The position numbers were made by a program, and so were the translations under genes. The notes beneath the pieces are model-generated. The model was not told where the DNA came from. It ran no database searches and worked only from the letters and a program-made list of their open reading frames with translations. Positions 1 through 9,298 of a stretch of DNA of 64,000 nt are shown here, in pieces. How positions within the stretch are numbered: the first letter of the stretch is position 1; every line of letters starts with the position of its first letter. The DNA comes from Alphaproteobacteria bacterium (GTDB taxonomy: Bacteria > Pseudomonadota > Alphaproteobacteria > JABAAW01). The DNA lies in contig JABAAW010000002.1 in NCBI GenBank assembly GCA_014238535.1, positions 6,659 through 70,658 of the forward strand, written 5' to 3'.

Positions 1-591
1 ATCGCCACTCTTGCGTACACCACTCCTATCACCTTTACTCTCAACTACCGCACAACCACGACCCGCTGTTATCGCCGCTCCTAAACGCAGTGCCGTACCA
101 GAGGGCGAATCCTTCTTCTCGCGGTGGTGCATCTCCATAATCTCCGCATCGTAGCGTAACGAAGGTAGCACGCGCGCCGCATTCTCAACCAAACTAGATA
201 GCAAAGCTATTCCTAAAGAAAAATTCGCCGCATATACCAACGCGCAACCGCTCGCGCAGTCACGCAATGCAGACATCTCGCTAGTACTAAAGCCCGTCGT
301 GCCGCAAACAAACGCGCAGCCGCAAGCACGCGCAATACGCGCATGCTCTAACGCTGCTGGTGTGAAGTCGATAACAGCTCCGCCAATGCTAGATGTTGCG
401 CGTAAAACCTCCTCAACGCCCGAAGCTATTCGTGCCTTACCAAAATCTCGTAGTAGAAACTCATTGCGCTTCAAGTCCGTCTGGCGCGGTGAAAAAATCG
501 CCAAGCTCTCATCGATAACCGAATCTTGTTCCGCCTCTCGTAGCAACGCCTGACCCATGCGCCCACCCGCTCCTATAATAACAACTCGCAT
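1..591 (-). CDS. dapB: 4-hydroxy-tetrahydrodipicolinate reductase; the N-terminal ~197 codons are in the window and the 3' end runs off the window start
   Basis: Absent from the ORF track because there is no stop in the window. The reverse complement from 591 reads MRVVIIGAGGRMGQALL (GxGxxG). Further on it reads CGTTGF, ANFSLG and EIMEMHHREKKDSPSGTA, which is the DapB E-x-HH-x-K-x-D-x-PSGTA signature. The ATG at 589-591 directly follows the ribF stop (TAGATG). Confidence 0.85.
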   Translation of the reverse strand, partial: MRVVIIGAGGRMGQALLREAEQDSVIDESLAIFSPRQTDLKRNEFLLRDFGKARIASGVEEVLRATSSIGGAVIDFTPAALEHARIARACGCAFVCGTTGFSTSEMSALRDCASGCALVYAANFSLGIALLSSLVENAARVLPSLRYDAEIMEMHHREKKDSPSGTALRLGAAITAGRGCAVVESKGDRSGVRKSGD

Positions 592-1719
592 CTATAAATC
601 CGCCGATAATAACTCGCGCTTAGTATTTTCGCGTCTGCTAGCAGGAAATGGATTCTTTGAAAAATAATCCTGCGCTTGCAAAACATCCTTCTCAATATGT
701 AAGCGTAACTCCTCTAGCGAAGAAAAATCCTGCTCCGCACGCTGAAACTCTTCAAACTCAACGCGAAGCTTCGTGCCATAAAGATCATCCTTATAATCAA
801 AAAAATGCACCTCCAGCAGAGGTTCTAGACCAGCGCCAAGTGTCGGACGCTCGCCAAAACTCGCAACCGCGTTATAAACCTTACCCGCACTACCATTCCC
901 GATATGTTGCACGCGCACGCAATAAACACCAAAACGCGGGTAGCAGTAATCTCGCGGCAGAATGTTCGCCGTCGGAAACCCTAACTTGCTACCCAAACCC
1001 TTGCCCTTTTGCACTATCCCTTCAATCTCAAAATTCCTACCCAAAATCTCTCTTAACTCCGATAATCTACCTGCGCGTAAAAGCTGCCGTGCATACGAAG
1101 AAGCATACTTTCTCTTTTCATTTACACCTTTATTATTCAAGGCATTCAGAGAATCCAGCGACTCGGTTGTCAACATCGGGAAGGCATGCACCGTGAAAGA
1201 AGCACTATTATCAGAACTAGCCGCTACCTCCTTACTTATCTCTTGTAAAGTCGCTAGCGTTCCCTCCCTACGATAACCAAACGCAAAATCCTCACCGACT
1301 ATCAAATCTCTAACGCCTAGCGAAGCAATAAGGATACGGCGCACAAAATCTCGAGCACGCATGCCAGCCAGCTGTTCGTCAAAACGCAAAACTAATAGCC
1401 TATCGATACCAAGATGCGATTCTCCAAGCCAGCGGCATTTTTGCTCAGGAGTCGATAATCTGAAATTTACAATCTGCTCGTTATTACGCATCGCAAAAAA
1501 ACTGCGAGGATGCGGTTCAAAAGTCAATGCAACCCAAGGTTTAGGAAAGCTTTTGCCTCTACCATCTACAGCGCAATGATTCTGCATACTGCCTAGTAGC
1601 GCACGATGACCGCAATGCAGACCATCAAAGTTGCCAATCGCTAGCGTACCGTCTCGGCAATGCGCTACCTCAACCCCCGCAATAAGTTCATCATAAGTGC
1701 AAAAAACAAGCTGCGTCAT
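592..1719 (-). CDS. ribF: bifunctional riboflavin kinase / FMN adenylyltransferase
   Basis: ORF 592-1782. The preferred start is the ATG at 1719, which forms an ATGA overlap with the glmM stop. It carries GNFDGLHCGHRAL (the FAD synthetase nucleotidyltransferase motif) and a kinase half with GFPTANI and LEVHFFDY..LYG. It also has a low-complexity insertion (SSDNSASF...NNKGVNEKRK). Confidence 0.85.
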   Translation of the reverse strand: MTQLVFCTYDELIAGVEVAHCRDGTLAIGNFDGLHCGHRALLGSMQNHCAVDGRGKSFPKPWVALTFEPHPRSFFAMRNNEQIVNFRLSTPEQKCRWLGESHLGIDRLLVLRFDEQLAGMRARDFVRRILIASLGVRDLIVGEDFAFGYRREGTLATLQEISKEVAASSDNSASFTVHAFPMLTTESLDSLNALNNKGVNEKRKYASSYARQLLRAGRLSELREILGRNFEIEGIVQKGKGLGSKLGFPTANILPRDYCYPRFGVYCVRVQHIGNGSAGKVYNAVASFGERPTLGAGLEPLLEVHFFDYKDDLYGTKLRVEFEEFQRAEQDFSSLEELRLHIEKDVLQAQDYFSKNPFPASRRENTKRELLSADL

Positions 1720-3077
1720 GCAGCAAGCAGCGCCAAGCGCGTAGCCTCCAAAGTATCCGATAGTAGCAACTCGTCCTCGCATTCACCCATTATTCGAACG
1801 ACCGATTCCGTGCCAGAGGCGCGCACTAGCAACCTACCATCCTTGCTCGCAAGGCGCTGTTGCAACTTCGCAACACTATCTTGCACCGACGCTTCCAATA
1901 AAATCTTACGGTGGTTCGCTATCTCAACGTTCAATGTCCGCTGTGGAACTAAATCGAATAAACGCTCAAAACTATCCACTGAAACTCCGTTGCGTGCAAT
2001 GATCGCGCATACTTGTAAAGCCGCTACCAACGCATCCCCCGTCGTCGCGTAATCCGTAAGGACAATATGACCAGAAGGCTCGCCGCCAAGATTGCAATTC
2101 GCATTTCGCATGCGCTCAACAACATAGCGGTCACCAACATCAGTGCGCAATAAGCCTATATTCTTACCTCGCAGGTAGCGTTCAAGACCAAAGTTAGCTA
2201 AAATCGTCGAGACAACACAACCTCCCTGCATCTCATCGCTTTCGCTAAGATGATTAGCAATCGCCGCAAGCAAGTGGTTACCATCTATTACCTTGCCTTG
2301 AGGAGAAACAACAAGCAGGCGATCAGCATCCCCGTCTACCGCTATACCTAAATCCGCGCCACTCTCTTTCGTGATTTGCGAAATCTTCTTCGGAAAAGCC
2401 GCGCCTCGTTCCTTGTTTATGTTCGTACCGTCAGGATTTACTCCTATCTGCCTTACTATCTCCGCTCCAAGCTCGCGGAAAATCGGCGGCATAACCCGAT
2501 ACGCCGCTCCATTCGCGCAATCAAGCGCTATCTTCAAACCCTTAAGGTCGATCTCGCGCGGAAAAGAATTCTTTACAAACTCAATGTAGCGACCAGGCGC
2601 ATCCTCTATTCGTTTCGCACGACCTAAACGCTCAGGCTTAACTCGCTTACGAGAAGAAAAGTCTTCGTGCATCAACTCCTCGATACGCTGCTCAGACCTA
2701 TCGTCTAGCTTAAAGCCGTCCGCTCCAAATAACTTGATGCCGTTGTCGCAATAGGGGTTGTGCGAGGCTGAAATAACTACTCCAAGGTTCGCTCGCATCG
2801 AGCGCGTAAGCATAGCTACCGCAGGCGTCGGCATAGGACCTACTAGCGTAACATCAAAACCCAGCGACACAAATCCCGCCGTCAAAGCAGGCTCTAGCAT
2901 ATAGCCAGAAAGACGCGTGTCCTTACCTATAACCACTCGATGACGTTTCTTACCCTTGCGAAAAAAAGTCGCCGCAGCCTCCGCTAAACATAATACCAAC
3001 GATGGCGTAATCGGAGAACGATTCGCTATTCCTCGCATGCCATCCGTTCCAAAATACTGGCGCGTACTACTAATCAC
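1716..3077 (-). CDS. glmM: phosphoglucosamine mutase
   Basis: 453 aa. It has the active-site loop SASHNPYCDNGIK, the metal site GIAVDGDADR, and GGEPSGH. Confidence 0.92.
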   Translation of the reverse strand: MISSTRQYFGTDGMRGIANRSPITPSLVLCLAEAAATFFRKGKKRHRVVIGKDTRLSGYMLEPALTAGFVSLGFDVTLVGPMPTPAVAMLTRSMRANLGVVISASHNPYCDNGIKLFGADGFKLDDRSEQRIEELMHEDFSSRKRVKPERLGRAKRIEDAPGRYIEFVKNSFPREIDLKGLKIALDCANGAAYRVMPPIFRELGAEIVRQIGVNPDGTNINKERGAAFPKKISQITKESGADLGIAVDGDADRLLVVSPQGKVIDGNHLLAAIANHLSESDEMQGGCVVSTILANFGLERYLRGKNIGLLRTDVGDRYVVERMRNANCNLGGEPSGHIVLTDYATTGDALVAALQVCAIIARNGVSVDSFERLFDLVPQRTLNVEIANHRKILLEASVQDSVAKLQQRLASKDGRLLVRASGTESVVRIMGECEDELLLSDTLEATRLALLAA

Positions 3078-3691
3078 TTTAGCAGCTCCTCATTTCGGAT
3101 ACCCCATAAGCCACCGCGTCTAGCCCAACCATCATACTTGCCAACTAACACTCGGCACCAATCCTCTTTGCAACTCTTAACTCGACCCACTACATCCTTT
3201 CCTAAACGCGCTATCTTCATACTAGAGGTACTAGGTTCCTCATAAAGACCAACCTCAGGTAGCGTTACTATAACAGCTCGGACGCTGCGTAATTGGTTCG
3301 ACAAAATCCAGCCAACATCTCCTTGAAAGTCTCTAACCTTGCGCCAATCATCTAGTTTACCTACTATCTCCAGCGGCATTCCTAAACGCCGATAAACCCA
3401 CAAGGCTGGGTATTGACGACCAGGACCTGAACGAAGGTGAGTCTCATCGAAGCGAAGACTCAAAAAATACGGCTCAAATGATCGCTCACGCTTAGTTAAC
3501 TCGCTATATAACTCGCCCCGTGAAACTATAGGTGAAACGCCAAGTGAAAAATCTTCGGAATACTCATGTAAGGCAGCTATAGAAACATCTTCGCCTATTG
3601 CAAAATCCGCAAGAAAAATACTATGCAGGAGCACAGCAAACGCTACAAACGCACAAGAGAAAGGTAAGCATCTTGTAATGAAGCTAAACAT
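3074..3691 (-). CDS. secreted or membrane-anchored bacterial SH3-like domain protein (DUF1058-type)
   Basis: 205 aa with a hydrophobic N-terminus. The pattern LRSGPGRQYP..WVY..GMPLEIV..DDWRKVRD..G..GWI fits an SH3b-like domain. It overlaps the glmM start by 4 nt. Confidence 0.55.
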   Translation of the reverse strand: MFSFITRCLPFSCAFVAFAVLLHSIFLADFAIGEDVSIAALHEYSEDFSLGVSPIVSRGELYSELTKRERSFEPYFLSLRFDETHLRSGPGRQYPALWVYRRLGMPLEIVGKLDDWRKVRDFQGDVGWILSNQLRSVRAVIVTLPEVGLYEEPSTSSMKIARLGKDVVGRVKSCKEDWCRVLVGKYDGWARRGGLWGIRNEELLK

Positions 3692-3758
3692 ATCCTAATA
3701 ATAGCACAACGCAACAAAACTCACCCATCTATCATACAATGCCAAGAAAATCGCTATA

Positions 3759-3830
3759 AGCGGGCGAAGGGATTCGAACCCTCGACTTCAACCTTGGCAA
3801 GGTTGCGCTCTACCCCTGAGCTACGCCCGC
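3759..3830 (-). tRNA. tRNA-Gly (anticodon GCC)
   Basis: Hand-folded cloverleaf on the minus strand. Acceptor stem GCGGGCG/CGCCCGC, anticodon loop TTGCCAA, T arm GAGGG-TTCGAAT-CCCTT. Confidence 0.9.
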
Positions 3831-3973
3831 TCGATAAGTAGAAAGATAAAACTATCCACAGCGCAAAAGTATAGAATACTAAATAGACATACGCAATAAT
3901 AAGAAAAAGCATAAAGTAAGTAGCAAGTAGCATAGGCACAAATCGCTAGGCTAAAACAATCGGTAAAAAATCT

Positions 3974-5245
3974 ATGGCAAAAAATACTAAAAGCGCGCAA
4001 AAAATAGCTTCAAAAAAAGAAATCTGGGCATGGTGCAGTTTCGATTGGGCAAACTCCGCATACCCTACCATAATCGTAACATTCGTCTTTCCCGCATACT
4101 TCGCTGCCGTAATCGTTCGCGATAATATACTCGCACAAGTCTATTGGACTTGGATGATAGGAGCTGCTGCTATCATCGTCGCAATATGCGCACCTATACT
4201 CGGAAGGTTGGCTGATCGCAAAAAAGCTTTGCGAAAAATGTTGCTCTGCTTCTCGATAATAACTATCTTGCTGTGCGCATCGTTGTGGTACGCTGTGCCA
4301 GGCGAAAGAGAAATTTGGCTGGTGCTACTAATAGTCGGCTTATCAAATATAGCCTTCGAACTGTCAACTTGCCTCTACAACGCATTGATACCAACCATCC
4401 TACCTGACAAGCAGCGCGGCGCACTATCAGGGATAGCTTGGGGATGCGGTTACATAGGCGGGCTATGCGCTCTTATGCTCGCATTAACACTGCTCATAAA
4501 CCCACAAGTACCAGCATTTGGCTTTACAAAGCAAAATGGAGAAAACATACGCGCAGTATTCTTATTAACTAGTATTTGGTTCTTACTATTCTCAATTCCA
4601 TTCTTCATTATGCTATTGCGAAAACAGGACGCAGAAGCAGCTAAAACGCTAGGAAATACTACAAGCACTCGACTGAAAATCTTCGAGCGCGGAAAACTAT
4701 CCATAACTGCAAAATTCTTACTCGCGCGTATGTTCTACAGCGACGGAGTCAATACAATCTTCGCCGTCGGAGGAATTTTCGCTACAAGCGTGCACGGATT
4801 CTCCATAAAAGATGTTCTGATTTTCGGAATCTTGATGAATATAACCGCAGCAATAGGTGCAATCGGCGGCGGAATGATCGAAAATCGACTCGGGGCTTTT
4901 CGTGTCGTTCGCTCATCTATTCTAGCCGTCTTAATACTAGGAGCAGGACTCATAATACTACCAGATAAAATAAGCTTTTGGATTTGCGCTCTAACAATGG
5001 GATTGTTCTTCGGACCTTTGCAATCATCAAGTCGCGTAATCTTATCAAGGCTCGCTCCAAAAAACGCCGCCGCTCAATCTTTCGGATGGTACGCACTATC
5101 AGGAAAAGCTACCGCATTCTTAGGACCTCTCACCGTATCCGCTACAACAGCTCTGCTACTAGATAATCGATTAGGGCTTCTACCAATACTATTGTTCCTT
5201 GCCGCTGGGCTGTACTTATTGCCTAAAAGTATAAGCAAAGCATAA
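3974..5245 (+). CDS. MFS transporter, UMF1/Atg22-like family
   Basis: 423 aa with many hydrophobic helices. The N-terminal WAWCSFDWANSAYPT motif is typical of the UMF1 family. Confidence 0.7.
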   Translation: MAKNTKSAQKIASKKEIWAWCSFDWANSAYPTIIVTFVFPAYFAAVIVRDNILAQVYWTWMIGAAAIIVAICAPILGRLADRKKALRKMLLCFSIITILLCASLWYAVPGEREIWLVLLIVGLSNIAFELSTCLYNALIPTILPDKQRGALSGIAWGCGYIGGLCALMLALTLLINPQVPAFGFTKQNGENIRAVFLLTSIWFLLFSIPFFIMLLRKQDAEAAKTLGNTTSTRLKIFERGKLSITAKFLLARMFYSDGVNTIFAVGGIFATSVHGFSIKDVLIFGILMNITAAIGAIGGGMIENRLGAFRVVRSSILAVLILGAGLIILPDKISFWICALTMGLFFGPLQSSSRVILSRLAPKNAAAQSFGWYALSGKATAFLGPLTVSATTALLLDNRLGLLPILLFLAAGLYLLPKSISKA

Positions 5246-5282
5246 AGGCGTTGCCTATAAAGCTACGATAGGTTAGAAATGC

Positions 5283-5332
5283 GCGGAGTAATTAAAATAC
5301 TCGAATGAATAATCAACCATATATTACTCCGC
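5283..5332. promoter_or_regulatory. perfect 10-bp inverted repeat (gcggagtaat / attactccgc, 30-nt spacer) ending 1 nt before the ATG at 5334
   Basis: Read directly. The arms at 5283-5292 and 5323-5332 are exact reverse complements. Confidence 0.35.
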
Positions 5333-5333
5333 T

Positions 5334-6281
5334 ATGAAAAGTAGAAAAAAAACTTTCGCTCTAATCGGTGCCGCAGGATATGTAGCCCCTAGGCATATGC
5401 AGGCAATGAAAGCCGTCGAGGGAAACTTGCTCGTCGCAATGGACCCTAATGACGCTATCGGCTTCATGGATAAATACTTCCCAGATGCAGCTTTCTTTAA
5501 AGAATTCGAACGATTCGAAAGATTCGTCGATCAATGCAATAGGCGCGGCGAACCCATAAACTATGTCGGAATAGTATCGCCAGATCATCTGCACGATTCG
5601 CATATACGATACGCTCTACGCGCAGGCGCAGATGTCGTGTGCGAAAAACCTCTGGTGCTCAATCCATGGAACTTGGATGGTTTGCAAGAACTGGAAAACG
5701 AAACTGGGCACAGAGTAAACGTCGTTCTACAACTGCGCTTGCATCCAGATATTGTAAAACTTAAAAAAGAACTATCAGAAGATAAGAAAAAAATACACGA
5801 CGTCGAACTAACATACATAACTCCTCGCGGGAGGTGGTTCCAAATCTCTTGGAAGGGAAATGAAGATAAATCCGGCGGCTTGGCTACTACCATAGGAATA
5901 CACTTCTTCGACATGCTGCAACTGCTCTTCGGAAAAGTGAAACTGAATATCGTGCATGTTCGCGACAAGCATCGAGTCGCAGGCTATATGGAGTTTGAAC
6001 GAGCAAGAGTGCGATGGTATCTATCCATCGATCGTAGCGACCTGCCAAATGGTAATATGCCAGATCAGCCATACCGAAATATCTCTATGGATGGAAAACA
6101 AATCGAATTCTCTAGCGGCTTCAGCGATTTACACACAGAAGTATATCGTGCCGTCTTAAAAGGACAAGGTTTGGGAATAGACGACGCTCGACCTTCCATC
6201 GAAATCGTAAGCGATATTCGTACATCTCCACTGCAGATCAATATGGGCGAACCGCATCCGTTCGCTCGTAAACACCTGTAA
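5334..6281 (+). CDS. Gfo/Idh/MocA-family NAD-dependent sugar-nucleotide 3-dehydrogenase (WbpB/GnnA-like)
   Basis: 315 aa. It has the N-terminal Rossmann motif FALIGAAGYVAPRHM, then EKPLVLNPWN, and ISWKGNEDKSGG. It is paired with a DegT aminotransferase immediately downstream. Confidence 0.75.
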   Translation: MKSRKKTFALIGAAGYVAPRHMQAMKAVEGNLLVAMDPNDAIGFMDKYFPDAAFFKEFERFERFVDQCNRRGEPINYVGIVSPDHLHDSHIRYALRAGADVVCEKPLVLNPWNLDGLQELENETGHRVNVVLQLRLHPDIVKLKKELSEDKKKIHDVELTYITPRGRWFQISWKGNEDKSGGLATTIGIHFFDMLQLLFGKVKLNIVHVRDKHRVAGYMEFERARVRWYLSIDRSDLPNGNMPDQPYRNISMDGKQIEFSSGFSDLHTEVYRAVLKGQGLGIDDARPSIEIVSDIRTSPLQINMGEPHPFARKHL

Positions 6282-6372
6282 AAAACTTCAGCAAAACATC
6301 AACATTCAAAACATACCTCCACAAGCTGTACCTTTTATAGACTTCGTAGCACAGCGCGAAGAAATCTCCGAC

Positions 6373-7524
6373 TTGCTAAAAAAAAGAATCGAGCGCGTAA
6401 TAGCCCACGGCAGATTCATCCTAGGACCAGAAGTCGCAGAACTAGAGGCGCAACTGAAAAACCTTAGCGAGGAAAGCGAAACAATAACTTGTGCCAATGG
6501 AACAGACGCACTGGCTCTATTGTTACGCGCAGAAAATATCGGGATAGGCGATGCCGTATTCGTGCCCGCTTTCACTTTCGCGGCAACCGCCGCAGCCGTC
6601 AAAATATGCGGCGCTACACCTTTCTTCGTCGATATACTCAACGACTTTACTATCGATACGCTAAGTCTGCAGCAAGCTATATCAGAGGCACGCACACAGG
6701 GCTTGAAGCCAAAAGCCGTCTTGCCCGTAGACCTATACGGCTTGCCTGCAGAATATGACGATATACTCGCGTGCGCTAAACAGGAAAATATATTCGTATT
6801 CATAGACGCCGCTCAAAGCTTCGGCGCGTTATACAAAGGGCAAAAAACAATCGCAATCGGTGATGGGGCTATAACTAGTTTCTTCCCCACAAAGCCGCTA
6901 GGTGCATACGGCGACGGCGGCGCAGTATTTACTCAAAACACCACAAGAGCCGAAAAAGTGCGCATGCTCGCAAACCACGGGCAAGTCAGCGGACAGCGCT
7001 ACAACCATAAAATCGTCGGCACAAACTCACGACTCGACACAATACAGGCAGCAGTGCTACTCGCAAAACTAACTATCTTCGATGATGAAATCAAAGCGCG
7101 ACAAAAAGTCAGTGAAGAATATGAAACCCTCATGCAACAAGCAGGCTTGCTCGCGCCAGACGAGCAGGGGGGAAAGGCAGATGTTATCATCGCGCCTTCC
7201 GTGCCTCAAGGGCGTTCTTGCGTATGGGGGCAATATACTATTCGCTCAAAAAAACGCGATAAAATCATGAACGCTTGCACAGAAGGCAATATCGCTTGCA
7301 TCATACATTACCCGATGCCTCTATGCGCACAAGCTGCATACCGTGATTGTCCAATAGTCTCCAGCGGCATTCCGCGCTCAGAAAAAGCCGCGTGCGAAGT
7401 TCTAAGTATCCCCATGCATCCATACATAAAAAGCGACGCTCAAAAAGCCGTAGTCAATGCTATATCTAATGGCTCATCAGGCGTGGAAGAAATAGCACAA
7501 TCTGTGGAAAAAGCAACAGCATAG
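6373..7524 (+). CDS. DegT/DnrJ/EryC1/StrS-family PLP aminotransferase (WbpE/GnnB-like); the true start probably lies upstream of 6373
   Basis: 383 aa from the TTG at 6373. It carries GRFILGPEV, CANGTDAL and HGQ..RYNH..VGTNSRLD. The in-frame upstream codons 6328-6372 encode VPFIDFVAQREEISD, which is the conserved family N-terminus (see finding). Confidence 0.85.
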   Translation: MLKKRIERVIAHGRFILGPEVAELEAQLKNLSEESETITCANGTDALALLLRAENIGIGDAVFVPAFTFAATAAAVKICGATPFFVDILNDFTIDTLSLQQAISEARTQGLKPKAVLPVDLYGLPAEYDDILACAKQENIFVFIDAAQSFGALYKGQKTIAIGDGAITSFFPTKPLGAYGDGGAVFTQNTTRAEKVRMLANHGQVSGQRYNHKIVGTNSRLDTIQAAVLLAKLTIFDDEIKARQKVSEEYETLMQQAGLLAPDEQGGKADVIIAPSVPQGRSCVWGQYTIRSKKRDKIMNACTEGNIACIIHYPMPLCAQAAYRDCPIVSSGIPRSEKAACEVLSIPMHPYIKSDAQKAVVNAISNGSSGVEEIAQSVEKATA

Positions 7525-8782
7525 CTATTCGTACAACATCCATACCCAAAAAGGGAAGCGTCGCCGAAAATATACGGCGCAAGGCGATGCCGTCCGATAG
7601 GCGGTGAATAATCAAACAGTTAAGACCAACAGGTGGCGTAATCAGCCCCATCTCAACTAAAATCAATGACAAAACTCCAAACCATAACTGAAAACTCTCG
7701 CTATCCATTCCAAAACCAAGCCCGCTCAACGCAGGCCAAAGCAAAGGCATCGTAAGCACTATGATCGATAAACTGTCAAGAAAGCATCCAAGAACAAGTA
7801 GCAAAAGCATCGAGAGTAGCAAAATGCTGTACGGTGTTAACTCGCTATCTATAACTAGTCGCGTTATCGCCTGCGGAAAACCAGCAAGCGATAAAAATGA
7901 ACTCAACAAGTCCGCCGCTAAAAGAATAAGAAATATCATCGCGCTCGCGCGTGCGGTGTCTGAAAAAATCGCAACAACATCGCTCGAAATACCCGTAAAT
8001 CTTCTCGAAACTACAAAGTGAATACAAACTAAAAGCGTGCCAAGTGCCGCTGCCTCCGTCGGCGTGCTCAAACCAAGGTAAAGACCTCCTATGACAACAA
8101 ATATCGTCAAAAGCGCAGGAAAAACACGCAATGCAGCAGCGCGACGCTCACGAAAACTCAACGCCGCAACCCTAGGCGCTTTCAACGGATACCTACGCGC
8201 GTATAGCCAAACAACAAAAATATACAGCAACATCGCTATTATTCCAGGGACAAGTGCCGCGATAAATAACTTCGCTATATTAGCCTCCGTGATAATCGCA
8301 AAAATAACCAAAACCAGAGACGGCGGAATCAATATACCAAGCGTGCCTCCTATCGCTAAAGTCGCTGCCGAAAAACCACCATCGTAATTGTTCTCTAACA
8401 ATTCTGGCAACGCTATTCGACCCATCGTCGACGCTGTCGCAAGCGACGAACCGCACATCGCAGCAAATCCCGCGCAACCAACAATCGACGCCATTGCTAC
8501 TCCTCCATGTCGATGTCCTAGCATTACCCTGGCTGCGCGAAATAGGCTCGAACTCAAACCAGAACGCGCAGCGCACTGACCCATTAAGATAAAAAGCGGA
8601 ACCACCGAAAGATCATAAGAAGAAAATTGCCAAAACGCCGACGTCTTCAAATAAACTAAAAATTGCGGTAGCGAATCTAGAAGAAAAAAACCTAGCGTAG
8701 CACTCGCTATCATCGCCGCCGCAACAGGAATGCGAAAAACTAGTAATGCCAAAAGCGTAAGCAGAACTATGCCAGTTGTCAT
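7466..8782 (-). CDS. dctM: TRAP transporter large permease subunit
   Basis: The ORF runs to 8950, but its first 56 aa are non-membrane and overlap dctQ. The ATG at 8782 gives MTTGIVLLTLLALL and an ATGA overlap with the dctQ stop. The protein is polytopic throughout. Confidence 0.8.
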   Translation of the reverse strand: MTTGIVLLTLLALLVFRIPVAAAMIASATLGFFLLDSLPQFLVYLKTSAFWQFSSYDLSVVPLFILMGQCAARSGLSSSLFRAARVMLGHRHGGVAMASIVGCAGFAAMCGSSLATASTMGRIALPELLENNYDGGFSAATLAIGGTLGILIPPSLVLVIFAIITEANIAKLFIAALVPGIIAMLLYIFVVWLYARRYPLKAPRVAALSFRERRAAALRVFPALLTIFVVIGGLYLGLSTPTEAAALGTLLVCIHFVVSRRFTGISSDVVAIFSDTARASAMIFLILLAADLLSSFLSLAGFPQAITRLVIDSELTPYSILLLSMLLLLVLGCFLDSLSIIVLTMPLLWPALSGLGFGMDSESFQLWFGVLSLILVEMGLITPPVGLNCLIIHRLSDGIALRRIFSATLPFLGMDVVRIAMLLLFPQIVLFLPRLMSH

Positions 8783-9249
8783 CTTTTTGTCATCTTCGGC
8801 GAAAGTCCCATAATCTGTAGCACCAGCACCAGCGAGAGTAGCAGCAGTGAAATCAAAATCGGCGGGAATGCAAAGTAGCGCGGTAAGCCTAGTATCATCG
8901 TTACCTCCGACGCTCGCCGCAGATCTAGCGCACCTAAACTCATGCGCCACAAAAGCACCAACGCTCCAACAAGAAAAATAAACTCGCCTAGCTTACGGCA
9001 CGCGTTTTTAAAAAAAACTCCACTACGCTGCGTGAAAATATCAATATATGTATGTTCATCGTGCAATTGTGCAAATGGCAAAAACATGAAAATCGCCATC
9101 GCGCAAAACAATTCCGTAATCTCAAAATCGCCAAGAATAGGACTCGCAAAAAAAGTGCGCCCAATAACGCTAACAGCCGTCACCGCAGACACTAAAAGCA
9201 ACAAAAAGCCACCAAGTCTAGCCCAAATCTCAACTACCCGAGAAAGCAA
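8779..9249 (-). CDS. dctQ: TRAP transporter small permease subunit
   Basis: The ORF-track start at 9357 would read through rpmJ. The TTG at 9247-9249 gives a ~156-aa protein with four hydrophobic helices, which is the typical DctQ size. Confidence 0.65.
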   Translation of the reverse strand: MLSRVVEIWARLGGFLLLLVSAVTAVSVIGRTFFASPILGDFEITELFCAMAIFMFLPFAQLHDEHTYIDIFTQRSGVFFKNACRKLGEFIFLVGALVLLWRMSLGALDLRRASEVTMILGLPRYFAFPPILISLLLLSLVLVLQIMGLSPKMTKR

Positions 9250-9298
9250 GCTCAGTAGCTTGCTGTAACAGTTAACCCTAACTTCTATCCTACTTCTT

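Noticed and set aside
299-553. 84-aa plus-strand ORF at the window start
   Set aside because: It lies antisense inside a clear dapB reading frame on the minus strand (MRVVIIGAGGRMGQ... HHREKKDSPSGTA). Its composition is typical of an antisense shadow ORF.
3754-3939. 61-aa minus-strand ORF
   Set aside because: Its 3' part is the tRNA-Gly gene. The translated C-terminus (SSGVERNLAKVEVEGSNPFARL) is simply the tRNA read as protein.
7466-7524. 59-nt convergent overlap of the aminotransferase and dctM 3' ends
   Set aside because: The overlap comes from a ~20-aa non-conserved tail on the aminotransferase (..SNGSSGVEEIAQSVEKATA). It is most simply a late stop codon rather than a functional antisense arrangement.
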